A DNA stretch of 64,000 nucleotides from positions 352,001 to 416,000 of the forward strand of contig CAWDDT010000011.1 in NCBI GenBank assembly GCA_963801165.1. The letters are read 5' to 3'. The position numbers and the translations under genes are program-made. The notes beneath the pieces were generated by a model. The model worked only from the letters and a program-made list of their open reading frames with translations, made no database searches and was not told the DNA's origin. The stretch is from an uncultured bacterium (GTDB lineage: Bacteria; Actinomycetota; Acidimicrobiia; Spongiisociales; UBA5794). This document shows positions 9,583-19,054 of the stretch, in pieces. How positions within the stretch are numbered: the stretch's first letter is position 1; each line of letters starts with the position of its first letter.

Positions 9583-10170
9583 GCTCGCCTCAGCAGAATC
9601 CGCAGGTCGTTGGTGATGGCTTGGGGCGCAGTGCCGAACTGCCACGTGACCTGGATCAAGCCCTGGTCGTCAACCGCGTACATGAGTGCGGTGTGCTGCA
9701 CCTCGTAATGTCCGCCGGCATCCTTGGTCACCTTGTAGTTCGCCCCGAATGCATCTGCAGCTGCTCTCAACGTGGCGTCGTCCCGTGCCCGCAGCCCGTG
9801 CGCACCGGGTATGAACGACTGCACGTAGCTCGTGATGATGGCATCCGTGTCACGATCGATATCGATCGTCTCCATCGCAAAGACGACATGCTCGGCATCA
9901 TCGCCCAATGCAGCGAGCGCCGTCTTCAGGTCCGCAAGCGTCGTGGGACAGACGTCGGGACACGACGTGTACCCGAAATAGACGAGCAGAAGCTCACCGG
10001 GAGGAGCCTTCATCAAGAATGCCGTCCCGCCGGCGCTTCCGTCGGGCAGGGCGATGTCGGCAACCGACGGCAACGGCGTGCGCACGAAGCCGGATAGCTC
10101 GTCGGGTGCGGAAGCACACGATGCCGCGCTCGAGACCCACCAGAGCGATGGCGACGATCAACCTGTGCAT
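9579..10170 (-). CDS. SCO1/SenC family copper-binding lipoprotein, frameshifted in the signal peptide
   Basis: YFGYTSCPDVCP (CxxxC) and VQHT; ATG 10170 with RBS AGGAGG is one base out of frame with the body. Confidence 0.8.
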
Positions 10171-10227
10171 GCCGCCTCCTTGTCCCGGCGCGCCCGCGCG
10201 TTGCCTGCGGGCGGGTCCCCCCTACAA

Positions 10228-10255
10228 GGTCGTCGCCGGACCCCGGTTAGTTCCC
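10228..10255 (-). promoter_or_regulatory. SigC-type promoter GGGAAC-N17-CGACC
   Basis: Minus strand GGGAAC TAACCGGGGTCCGGCGA CGACC, about 60 nt upstream of the SCO start. Confidence 0.7.
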
Positions 10256-11815
10256 GGGTGTGACAAGACCGTCGCCTCTGTGCAGGAACGCCGCCATCTC
10301 TCCCCGGGTCACCGGGTCGTTCGGGCAGAATCGGTCGTTGACCGGTGGATTACAGCCATGCGACAAGCCGGCGGCGGCGAGCCGGGTGATGGCATCCTCG
10401 AACTGCGATCCGTCGTCATCACGAAACGGGCTGTCCCCACCGGGCGGGAGATCGAGCGCACGTACCAAAAAGGAGGCCATCTGCTCGCGGGTGACGGGGT
10501 CCCCGGGACAGAAACGATCGTTGCGCGGCGGATTGCACCCCTTGGTGATGCCCGCTCGAGCGAGCCGGTCGATATCGGCGGCGAACACCGAAGTCGTCGT
10601 GTCTACGAACCTGCCGCCCGGATCGGCGGGAAGGTCGAGAAGACGGTTGAGAAACGCTGCCATCTCTCCCCTGGTCACGATACCGTCGGGGCAGAAACGA
10701 TCGTTGCGCGGGGGATTGCACCCCTTGGTGATCCCGGCGCCTGCCAGCCATTCGATATCGGCGGCGAACACCGACCCGTCGTCGTCGACGAACGTGTCAC
10801 CGTCGGGTACCAGTGCCTCGAGCAGCCCGGTGCGCCAGACGTCGGCGTCGCGGTCGTAAACGCCGAACCCGGCGCCGAACTCCCAGTAGGACCAGGCTAA
10901 CCCGCGCCGCTCGGCCTCCTGGCGCACATAACGAGTCCAGGCGATGCGGGAATCCATGTCCGCCTTCTCGTATGATCCGAACTCGCCCATCAGGATGGGC
11001 ACACCCGTCTCGGCCGACCATGCAGACGCCAGATCCATCACCTGCTCGATCGGGGTGATGTCCTCGGGCCGACCGTCCCACGTCGTTCCCAGCCACGCAT
11101 CGGAACCATCGACCCAATCGGCACCTTGATGGGTGAACTGGAACGGCTCGTACATGTGGAAGGTTGCTATGAGGGCGGGGTCGTCCGGCAGCTCCAGGCT
11201 CTCGAGCTCCCAAGCGCTGTTCCACATCCCGGGACCGACGATCACCATTCGATCAGGGTTGCTCGCCCGGACGACGGTAAGGGCGCGAGCCAGGAGATCG
11301 TTCCAGACAGTCGTGGTCAGCGCGTCGTGAGGCTCGTTCTGCAACTCGAATAACACTTCTTTGGGGGCTGCTGCGTAGTGGCGGGCGATTTGATCCCAGA
11401 TGGCGAGGAACCGATCCGTGTTGCCGGCCGGGTCGGCGTATAGGTCCTCGAAGTGGTGGAAGTCGATGATGATCGCAAGACCGGCGTCTGTCGCCAGGTC
11501 TATCAGATGATCAACCCGATCGAAGAAGACGGGATCAATCGTCCACGGGCTCATCATCGCTGCCCTGGTATCCCACCTGACCGGCAGCCGAACCGAGTCG
11601 AACCCTGCGCCGGCGATCAGCTGGAAAAAGCGGTCCTCGATATAGATGCCCCACTCCCCCTCGTAGTCGGGAGCCTCAAGTGCGTTGCCCAGGTTGACTC
11701 CGCGCCCCAACCGGGCTGCCGCATCGGGGGCGGTCCAGGTGTCCTGAGCGGACGCGGGTACGCCTACCAGAGTGCTGAAGATCAGAACGAGAGCAGTGAG
11801 AGCGGATCGGGCCAT
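10247..11815 (-). CDS. Secreted GH5 glycoside hydrolase with three C-terminal SLH-like repeats
   Basis: RGVNLGNALEAP, SVRLPVRW, ELQNEP (acid/base), LMGEFG (nucleophile); three GCNPP..N..FCP repeats. Confidence 0.9.
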   Translation of the reverse strand: MARSALTALVLIFSTLVGVPASAQDTWTAPDAAARLGRGVNLGNALEAPDYEGEWGIYIEDRFFQLIAGAGFDSVRLPVRWDTRAAMMSPWTIDPVFFDRVDHLIDLATDAGLAIIIDFHHFEDLYADPAGNTDRFLAIWDQIARHYAAAPKEVLFELQNEPHDALTTTVWNDLLARALTVVRASNPDRMVIVGPGMWNSAWELESLELPDDPALIATFHMYEPFQFTHQGADWVDGSDAWLGTTWDGRPEDITPIEQVMDLASAWSAETGVPILMGEFGSYEKADMDSRIAWTRYVRQEAERRGLAWSYWEFGAGFGVYDRDADVWRTGLLEALVPDGDTFVDDDGSVFAADIEWLAGAGITKGCNPPRNDRFCPDGIVTRGEMAAFLNRLLDLPADPGGRFVDTTTSVFAADIDRLARAGITKGCNPPRNDRFCPGDPVTREQMASFLVRALDLPPGGDSPFRDDDGSQFEDAITRLAAAGLSHGCNPPVNDRFCPNDPVTRGEMAAFLHRGDGLVTPGN

Positions 11816-12014
11816 TGCTTCCTCCGCGGCCAAGATACGCGTCTGGCGGAGCTAACCGCGGGCAAGGTCGAAACGGACTCTGCGGGAAAGGTGCCCGAAT
11901 AGCGGGCGCCGTTTCGGTAGCATCTCAGAACCGGCCTGGGAGAATAAACCCGGGAGCCTAAAGACGGTCGATTGTGGGTCCGATGCTTGTCATGGGTCCA
12001 CGAAGGGATATCGC

Positions 12015-13268
12015 GTGAGCATGAGGACACGTTTACGCCGGCTGGGGTTGAGCGTTGCATTGACCGCCGCCTTGGTAGTCGCCGCACCGACGGCAGCGAG
12101 CGCCCAGACAACGGAGCTGCCGCCCGGCGGGACGTTTGTCGACGACGACAACAGCATCCATCAAGGAGCGATTGAGGCGATCGCGGCGATCGGGGTGACC
12201 CTGGGGTGCAACCCTCCCAGCAACGATCGCTTCTGCCCGGAGCAACCGGTGACGCGGGCTGAAATGGCCACGTTCCTCACCCGCTCCCTAAATCTCGGCG
12301 AGGCCTCGATTCACCCGTTCACCGACGTTGCGGGCTCGACACACGAGGCATCCATCAACTCGATTTATGCAGCAGGCATCACCAGAGGCTGCAACCCGCC
12401 GACGGATGACGAGTACTGCCCGGACGAGCCGATAACCCGTGAGGAGATGGCGTCGATGCTGGCGCGAGCCTTCAACCTGGCCCCCTCAACCGACACCCCG
12501 TTCACCGACATCGCCTCGTCGGTACACGCCGCCAACATCAACGCACTTGCCGCGGCGGGAATCACAAAGGGTTGCAACCCTCCTGACGACGATCACTTCT
12601 GCCCCACCCAGCTGATCACCCGGGAACAGATGGCGTCATTCCTGACGAGGGCGCTCGGTCTCGACCCGATCGATCCGCCTCCCGCACCGTTCGATCTCAT
12701 CTCCAGCTTCACCACGCATCACGCCTGCTGTCAGACACGGGTGAGCGCAGTCCAGGCTGCTGCCCGGGCCATCGACGGCATGGTGCTTTTGCCCGGAGAC
12801 ACTTTCTCCTACCTCGACGTACTCAATAATGTGGTGCACAGCGGCAACTGCCAGACCTCCACCACCCTATTCAATGCGGTCTGGTATGCCGGTCTCGACG
12901 AGGTCGAGCACCGGCCCCACAGCGTCGACTTCGCCCGTTACCCGCAGGCGATCGAATCTACGATGATCCCGTGGTCGGTAGATCTCAAATTCCGCAACGA
13001 CACCAAACATCCCCTCGAGATCCGCACCAGTTACACGGGAACGTCGGTCACCGTGGAACTGTGGGGCGACAACGACGGGCGCAGCATCGTCGGTGACTAC
13101 ACACCGGAGCACGGCACGGTCCTCGACGTGGTCAGCGAAGGCGGCCCCGACGCAAGGATCGTTGGCACCAAGACGGTGTCGAGCGGTCGCAGCTACACCG
13201 TGACCCGCACCATCACAGACGCCGACGGCTCGGAGTCCGAGAGCTGGAGCTGGACCTACGCCTACTGA
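12015..13268 (+). CDS. Secreted SLH-repeat protein with VanW-like domain
   Basis: Signal peptide, three GCNPP repeats; VLLPGDTFSY, GNCQTSTTLFNA, EHRPHS, DLKFRND. Confidence 0.8.
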   Translation: MSMRTRLRRLGLSVALTAALVVAAPTAASAQTTELPPGGTFVDDDNSIHQGAIEAIAAIGVTLGCNPPSNDRFCPEQPVTRAEMATFLTRSLNLGEASIHPFTDVAGSTHEASINSIYAAGITRGCNPPTDDEYCPDEPITREEMASMLARAFNLAPSTDTPFTDIASSVHAANINALAAAGITKGCNPPDDDHFCPTQLITREQMASFLTRALGLDPIDPPPAPFDLISSFTTHHACCQTRVSAVQAAARAIDGMVLLPGDTFSYLDVLNNVVHSGNCQTSTTLFNAVWYAGLDEVEHRPHSVDFARYPQAIESTMIPWSVDLKFRNDTKHPLEIRTSYTGTSVTVELWGDNDGRSIVGDYTPEHGTVLDVVSEGGPDARIVGTKTVSSGRSYTVTRTITDADGSESESWSWTYAY

Positions 13269-13455
13269 ACCGACCTTGCGCACTGTTCGTGGCACTTAGC
13301 GTGGCGAATCCAAGGTCTCGCGTCTGAGTGGGCTCGAAGGAGCGTTCGGCGTTCGATCAGTAACACCGGTATGAGCTGGGGGATTGCGACCCCAACCACC
13401 CGCAGACATGCGTGCGACACCCGTGTCGATGCTCAACCCCTCGTGAGTACACCTG

Positions 13456-13495
13456 TTGACGGTGTCACACGCAAACACTATATTCACTATATTCA
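13456..13495 (+). promoter_or_regulatory. Housekeeping-sigma promoter TTGACG-N17-TATATT overlapped by a tandem CACTATATT repeat
   Basis: TTGACG 13456-13461, TATATT 13479-13484; TATATTCA occurs twice. Confidence 0.7.
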
Positions 13496-13497
13496 TT

Positions 13498-15276
13498 ATG
13501 GTTGATACCCGAGCCGACAGCGTGACCATCGCCGAACTCACGGTCGATTATCTGGCACAACGCGGGGTCCGCCACGTGTTCGGGCTCTGCGGACACACCA
13601 ACATCGCGGTCCTCAGCGCAATGGAGAAGAGCCCGATCGAGTTCGTCAACGTACGTCACGAACAGATCGCGAGCCATGCGGCAGACGGGTACGCACGAGT
13701 CACCGGCCGGGCCGGGGTCGTCCTGTCGCATCTGAGCCCCGGTCTCACCAACGCCGCGACCGGTGTTGCCAACGCCGCGCTCGACTGTATCCCGATGGTG
13801 GTCATCGCTGGTGACGTACCTTCTTTCTACTTCGGGAAACACGCACACCAGGAGGTAAACCTCCACTCCGATGGCGGCCAATACGAGATCTACCGGCCCT
13901 TCGTGAAACGCGCCTGGCGGGTGGACGATCCCCGTCTCATGGCCGAAACCCTCGAGCGTGCTTTCAACCTCGCCGAGACGGGGCAACCAGGACCGGTACT
14001 GATCGACGTACCCATGAACATCTTCTCCGAATCGGGCGACCCCGGGCTGTTCAACCGCCAAACGCAGAACGCCAAGACACTGCACAAGCCCTCGATGGAC
14101 GATGAAACCGCCACCGCGATCGTTCACATGCTGGGAGAGGCGGAGCGTCCTGTGTTGTACGTCGGCGGCGGCATCACCCTGGCGCGGGCCAGCGGCGAGC
14201 TTCGAAGTTTCGTCGACCACATGGCCGTTCCCGTGGCCCACAGCCTGATGGGAAAGGGCGCGGTCTCGGACGATCACCCGCTCGTCCTCGGCATGACCGG
14301 GTTCTGGGGAACGCAGCTCGTGAATCAGACGTGTCTCGACGCCGACGTGATCCTGGCGATCGGTGCTCGGTTCAAGGAAGCCGACAGCAGCTCCTGGTAT
14401 CCCGGGTACACATTCGACATCCCTCCCTCCAAGCTGATCCACATCGACATCGAGCCAACTGAGATCGGACGGAACTTCCCGGTGGAGCTTGGCGCCGTAG
14501 CCGACGCCAAAGCAGCTCTCGCCGCACTGACACGAGCGGCGAAGCGACTCTACCCGGAGGGTCGCTCGGCACCCGAAATCGCCGGTCGGATCGCCAAAGC
14601 ACGCCAGGAGTTCGCCGAAGCCAACCGTGCGGCCGCAACCAGCTCGGACTGGCCGATGATGCCGGAGAGGATCCTCGCCGACACAAGACACGTTCTCCCC
14701 GATGACGCCTTCCTGGCAACCGACGTCGGGTGGAACAAGAACGGAGTCGGCCAGCAGTTCCCCATTCTCGAGCCCGGCTCCTTCATCACACCGGGTGGGT
14801 TCGCCACGATGGGGTTTGGACCGGCGGCGGCAGTCGGGATCAAGTTCGCAGCGCCCGACCGGACGGTAATCGCTCTCGTGGGCGACGGCGGGTTCGGGCA
14901 GAACCCGGCCGTGCTGGCGACAGCCGTCGAGCACGACCTCGGAATCGTGTGGGTGGTGATGAACAACAACGCGTTCGGAACGATTGCAGGTCTGCAACTG
15001 GCTCACTTCGGTACCACATTCGGCACGACATTCCCAGGTCGAATCGGCGAGTCCCTCCCTGATTACGCCGCGATCGCCGACGCGTACGGAGCCGTCGGTA
15101 TACGAGTCAAGTCCGCCCAGGAATATCGCAGCGCATTGGAGAAGGCGATCGGGCTGGACCGACCCGTTGTCATCGATGTTCCGATGCGCAACAACCCGAC
15201 ACCCACGACGGGACATTGGAACATCCTCGACATCTACTCGCCAGAGGGCGGTAAATCGCACGCAGCAACGGAATGA
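13498..15276 (+). CDS. Thiamine-diphosphate-dependent enzyme (acetolactate synthase-like superfamily)
   Basis: VFGLCGHTN, RHEQ, GFATMGFG, GDGGF...NNNAFG ThDP motif. Confidence 0.9.
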   Translation: MVDTRADSVTIAELTVDYLAQRGVRHVFGLCGHTNIAVLSAMEKSPIEFVNVRHEQIASHAADGYARVTGRAGVVLSHLSPGLTNAATGVANAALDCIPMVVIAGDVPSFYFGKHAHQEVNLHSDGGQYEIYRPFVKRAWRVDDPRLMAETLERAFNLAETGQPGPVLIDVPMNIFSESGDPGLFNRQTQNAKTLHKPSMDDETATAIVHMLGEAERPVLYVGGGITLARASGELRSFVDHMAVPVAHSLMGKGAVSDDHPLVLGMTGFWGTQLVNQTCLDADVILAIGARFKEADSSSWYPGYTFDIPPSKLIHIDIEPTEIGRNFPVELGAVADAKAALAALTRAAKRLYPEGRSAPEIAGRIAKARQEFAEANRAAATSSDWPMMPERILADTRHVLPDDAFLATDVGWNKNGVGQQFPILEPGSFITPGGFATMGFGPAAAVGIKFAAPDRTVIALVGDGGFGQNPAVLATAVEHDLGIVWVVMNNNAFGTIAGLQLAHFGTTFGTTFPGRIGESLPDYAAIADAYGAVGIRVKSAQEYRSALEKAIGLDRPVVIDVPMRNNPTPTTGHWNILDIYSPEGGKSHAATE

Positions 15277-15283
15277 GGCCGAA

Positions 15284-16690
15284 GTGTCGCGAGAGATAAC
15301 GCAAGAACAACGCGAGATGGTGGCTGAGATGGTCGCGAGGGCCAGAGCCGCAATGGCGGCAATCGCGGACTACGACCAGGAGCGCGTTGACCGACTGGCA
15401 CAAGCCATTGGCTGGGCGTTGGGCAACGAGGCGACCTTCACCCGTCTCGCCGAGATGAGTGTCGACGAGAGTGGGATCGGCGATCGAGAGGGCAGACCCA
15501 ACAAGCGCTTCAAGATCCACGGCATACTGCGTGACGTGCTCCGTCAACCCAGTGTTGGCATCATCGAGGAAGATCTCGAGAGCGGAATCGTCAAGTACGC
15601 CAAGCCCGGAGGCGTAATCGCATCGATAGTCCCCATGACCAACCCGGAGTTGACACCACCCGGGACCGCGATCAATGCGATAAAGGCCAAGGATGCGGTG
15701 ATCTTCTCACCCCATCCGAGGACGAAGCGGACGACCAACGAGGTGGTGCGCATCCTCCGTCAGGCGATGGAACGTGAAGGCGCACCGGCTGATGTGTTCC
15801 AATGCATTGAGGAACCCAGCATCCCGGTCGCCCAGGAGCTCATGTCGACTTGCGACATGACGTTGGCCACAGGCGGCCCTGCGATGGTCAGGGCCGCATA
15901 CAGCTCGGGGAAGCCGGCGTTCGGCGTGGGCGCAGGCAACTCGACGATGGTGATTGACGAGACCGCCGATATCGCGGAAGCGGCCAGGAACACCCGCATC
16001 TCAAAGACATCCGATTTCGGCTCGGGGTGCTCGGCAGACGGCAATATCCTGGTCGCCGACGAAATCTACGACCGTTTCCGCGACCAACTCATCGCCGAGG
16101 GCGGTTATCTCGCGACCGATCCGGAGAAAGCGCTCCTCGAGCGTGCCATGTGGAACGCTGATGGAACCAGGACTCTGAACACCGTAGCCCAGTCCGGGCC
16201 GAAACTGGCCGCCGAGGCCGGCTTTGCAATTCCCGACGATCGACGCTTCATCGTGGTGGAGCAGACCGAAATCGGTAAGGAGCACCGCTTCTCCGGAGAG
16301 AAGCTCACAGCTCTACTTGCCCTGTACCGATTCCACGACTTCGACCAGGCATTGGACATGGTGCGAAGGATCTACGAGGTCGGAGGCGCAGGGCACTCCT
16401 GCGGGATCTACTCCTTCGACGACGCTCACATAGACGCACTCGCCAGGGTCGCACCGGTGAGCCGGATGATGGTCCGCCAGCCGCAATCCAAGGCAAATGC
16501 CGGTTCTTTCACCAACGGCATGCCCATGACCTCGAGTCTGGGATGCGGCATCTGGGGAGGGAACGTCACCAACGAGAACATAAGCCTCAAGCACTACCTG
16601 AACGTCACCTGGGTGAGCCGACCGATTCCGGAAGATCGACCACCCGAGGAGGAGCTGTTCGGGGAGTTCTACGGAACCGAGGTGTCGTAG
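15284..16690 (+). CDS. CoA-acylating aldehyde dehydrogenase (SauS/AdhE-N-like)
   Basis: PMTNP, ATGGPAMVRAAYSSGKPAFGVGAGN, SKTSDFGSGCS, SGEKL, SLGCGIWGGN. Confidence 0.88.
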   Translation: MSREITQEQREMVAEMVARARAAMAAIADYDQERVDRLAQAIGWALGNEATFTRLAEMSVDESGIGDREGRPNKRFKIHGILRDVLRQPSVGIIEEDLESGIVKYAKPGGVIASIVPMTNPELTPPGTAINAIKAKDAVIFSPHPRTKRTTNEVVRILRQAMEREGAPADVFQCIEEPSIPVAQELMSTCDMTLATGGPAMVRAAYSSGKPAFGVGAGNSTMVIDETADIAEAARNTRISKTSDFGSGCSADGNILVADEIYDRFRDQLIAEGGYLATDPEKALLERAMWNADGTRTLNTVAQSGPKLAAEAGFAIPDDRRFIVVEQTEIGKEHRFSGEKLTALLALYRFHDFDQALDMVRRIYEVGGAGHSCGIYSFDDAHIDALARVAPVSRMMVRQPQSKANAGSFTNGMPMTSSLGCGIWGGNVTNENISLKHYLNVTWVSRPIPEDRPPEEELFGEFYGTEVS

Positions 16691-16693
16691 ACC

Positions 16694-17551
16694 ATGACTG
16701 AACCCATCGAATTCTCATTGGCGTACCTGACCGTCATCGGCACACCACCGCTGCGCATGGTGTCGCTCGCAGCAGCCGCAGGCTACGACTATGTCGGCGT
16801 GCGTTTCAACGCAGTTGCCGACGACGAGGTCGCATTTCCGTTTCTGACCGATCGCAACCTGATTCGCGACTTCAAGGCCAGTCTGGACGCCACCGGTCTA
16901 CAGGTGCTGGATGCAGAGTTGATCCGGATCGGGCCCGACGACGATCCGGATGGATATCTGCATTTCATGGACGTGGCAAGTGAGATCGGGGCCAGACACC
17001 TGGTGGTGCAGCTCCCCGACCCCGATCGGAGCCGGGCCGCCGACCACCTGGCGCGGTTGAGCGAGCTTGCTTCCGATTACGGGCTGACCGCCAACTTGGA
17101 GTTCATTCCGTGGACACCGACGTGCGATCTGGCGGCTGCAGTGGACATCGTCACTCGTTCGGCGCACCCCAACGCGGGAATTCTCGTCGATACGCTGCAC
17201 TTCGAGCGATCCGAATCGTCGGTGTCGCAGCTGCGTGTGCTCTCGCCGGGCCTGTTCCGGCTCATCCAACTCTGTGACGCCCCGCGGGAGGTGCCCAGGA
17301 CGAACGAAGGTCTGATAAGAGCGGCCCGAGCCGGGAGAGGTCTCCCCGGAGAGGCCGGTATCGATCTGAGACCGATGGTGGAAGCCCTCCCCCGGGTTCC
17401 ATACTCGCTCGAGGTGCCGAATGAGGTAATGAGGAACGATCTGGGCGACCAAACCTTTGTGACGAGGGTCCTCGAAGCGAGCCGGCGATTTCTCGCGGCC
17501 AGTGACGAGCGCGCAGCCAGTGACGAGCGTGCAGTGAGCATCAGCCGATGA
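16694..17551 (+). CDS. Xylose-isomerase-like TIM barrel (sugar phosphate isomerase/epimerase or dehydratase)
   Basis: NLEFIPW, ILVDTLH, IQLCD, RGLPGE, SLEVP metal ligands. Confidence 0.85.
   Translation: MTEPIEFSLAYLTVIGTPPLRMVSLAAAAGYDYVGVRFNAVADDEVAFPFLTDRNLIRDFKASLDATGLQVLDAELIRIGPDDDPDGYLHFMDVASEIGARHLVVQLPDPDRSRAADHLARLSELASDYGLTANLEFIPWTPTCDLAAAVDIVTRSAHPNAGILVDTLHFERSESSVSQLRVLSPGLFRLIQLCDAPREVPRTNEGLIRAARAGRGLPGEAGIDLRPMVEALPRVPYSLEVPNEVMRNDLGDQTFVTRVLEASRRFLAASDERAASDERAVSISR
17498..17533 (+). repeat. 18-bp tandem duplication in the 3' end of the TIM-barrel gene
   Basis: GCCAGTGACGAGCGCGCA GCCAGTGACGAGCGTGCA (ASDERA twice). Confidence 0.85.
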
Positions 17552-18003
17552 CTCGCAAGATACTGGTCCTCAACGGCCCGAATTTGAATCTGCTTGGGAC
17601 TCGAGAACCAGACGTCTACGGCTCGGAGACCCTCGATGACATAATCGCGGACTTGCGTGAGTATTCGGCCGCGCGAGACGCAGACGTCACCCACCTCCAG
17701 TCGAACTCCGAGTCGGATCTCATCGACGCGCTTCACGCGGCACGTAACAGCGTGGACGGCGTTGTGTTCAATGCCGGTGCGTTCACTCACTACAGCATCG
17801 CCTTGCGTGACGCCATCGCCGCGCTGGGTCTACCGGTGATCGAGACCCACCTCTCCAACGTTCATGCCCGCGAGTCGTTCCGGCACACGTCGGTGCTCGC
17901 CCCGGTGTGCTTGGGCGTCGTGGCCGGACTGGGTAGGGACAGCTACTTCGCCGCGATCGAAGGACTCCTGAGATATCTGACCCGACAAGAGGATCGACCG
18001 TGA
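17548..18003 (+). CDS. aroQ: Type II 3-dehydroquinate dehydratase
   Basis: LNGPNLNLLGTREPDVYG, NAGAFTHYSIALRDA, ETHLSNVHARESFRH. Confidence 0.96.
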   Translation: MTRKILVLNGPNLNLLGTREPDVYGSETLDDIIADLREYSAARDADVTHLQSNSESDLIDALHAARNSVDGVVFNAGAFTHYSIALRDAIAALGLPVIETHLSNVHARESFRHTSVLAPVCLGVVAGLGRDSYFAAIEGLLRYLTRQEDRP

Positions 18004-18082
18004 CCCACTCGACTCTCGCGGTGCTGGAGATGGCGCGGTGCGCGGGGCGTCGCACCAACGCATCAACGGGCGGCAGATGAGT

Positions 18083-19054
18083 ATGGGACACGTTGAGACC
18101 TTCCGCGGGCCCATAGACTCGGACAAGCTCGGCGCGACGCTGCTCCACGAGCACATCTTCGTGCGCAGCCCGGAATTGGAAGTGAACCTACCCGACGGAG
18201 AATGGGAGCCGTCCGATGCGGTCGCGACTGCCGTCGCCGGTCTCAGGGAGCTATACCGGCTCGGGATTCGGACCGTGGTCGATCTCACCGTCCCAGGCCT
18301 TGGCCGCGACGTGCGGCTGGTATCTCGCGTCGCGGAGCAGGTTCCGGTCAACCTCATCGCGGCAACCGGCTGGTACACGCCCAACGTGCTGCCCACTTAC
18401 TTCCAGTCCCATGGGCCGGGGCTGTCCATCGACGGTACCGATCCCCTCATCGAGTTGTTTGTCAACGATATCCGTGGCGGCATCGCAGGAACCAGCGTGC
18501 GAGCCGGCCTGCTCAAAGTCATGACCGGCCCGGAAGGCATCACGAACGACGTCGCCCGGGTGATGTCGGCGGCGGCCGTCGCACATCGGGAGACCGGGGT
18601 TGCGATCACGACCCACTCTCATCCCGCATCGCGCAATGGGCTGGCACAGCAAGCGTTCCTACAGGAGCGGGGGGTAGCGGCAGAACGAATAGTCGTCGGT
18701 CATTCCGGCGACAGCGAAGACCTCGATTACCTGCGTGCGATCTTGGACAACGGGTCGACAATCGGTATGGACAGGTTTGGCATGGAACATGTGCTCACGG
18801 ACGACCGGAGGGCCCGGACCGTCATCGCACTCCTCGAGCTCGGTTACGTGGACCGGATGATCCTGTCCCACGACGCGGCCTTCTACAGCCACGTCACACC
18901 ACCGTCCTGGCGCGCCGTGTCCGCACCGCGCTGGCGAATGGACACGATCTCCCGGCATGTCCTGCCGATGCTCCGAGATGCAGGTGTTTCCACCGACGAG
19001 ATCACCCAAATGCTGGTCACCAATCCGCGACGTCTCCTGGGAGGGACCGCATGA
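18083..19054 (+). CDS. Phosphotriesterase-like lactonase (amidohydrolase superfamily)
   Basis: TLLHEH, VDLTVPGLGRD, LLK, TTHS, GHSGD, LSHD. Confidence 0.9.
   Translation: MGHVETFRGPIDSDKLGATLLHEHIFVRSPELEVNLPDGEWEPSDAVATAVAGLRELYRLGIRTVVDLTVPGLGRDVRLVSRVAEQVPVNLIAATGWYTPNVLPTYFQSHGPGLSIDGTDPLIELFVNDIRGGIAGTSVRAGLLKVMTGPEGITNDVARVMSAAAVAHRETGVAITTHSHPASRNGLAQQAFLQERGVAAERIVVGHSGDSEDLDYLRAILDNGSTIGMDRFGMEHVLTDDRRARTVIALLELGYVDRMILSHDAAFYSHVTPPSWRAVSAPRWRMDTISRHVLPMLRDAGVSTDEITQMLVTNPRRLLGGTA

Noticed and set aside
13269-13440. Possible tRNA or integration site at the edge of the catabolic cluster
   Set aside because: No cloverleaf, integrase or matching direct repeat at the other end (~26770) was found.
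13465-15261. 598-aa antisense ORF (and similar ones at 18883-20100, 40799-41881, 42611-43783, 52414-53691)
   Set aside because: Shadow frames opposite well-supported genes, expected in high-GC DNA; no recognisable motifs.
13498-16690. Xsc-SauS sulfoacetaldehyde pathway assignment
   Set aside because: The dehydrogenase is SauS-like, but there are no taurine/sulfite export or pta genes and the context is Aro/cyclitol; substrate left unassigned.
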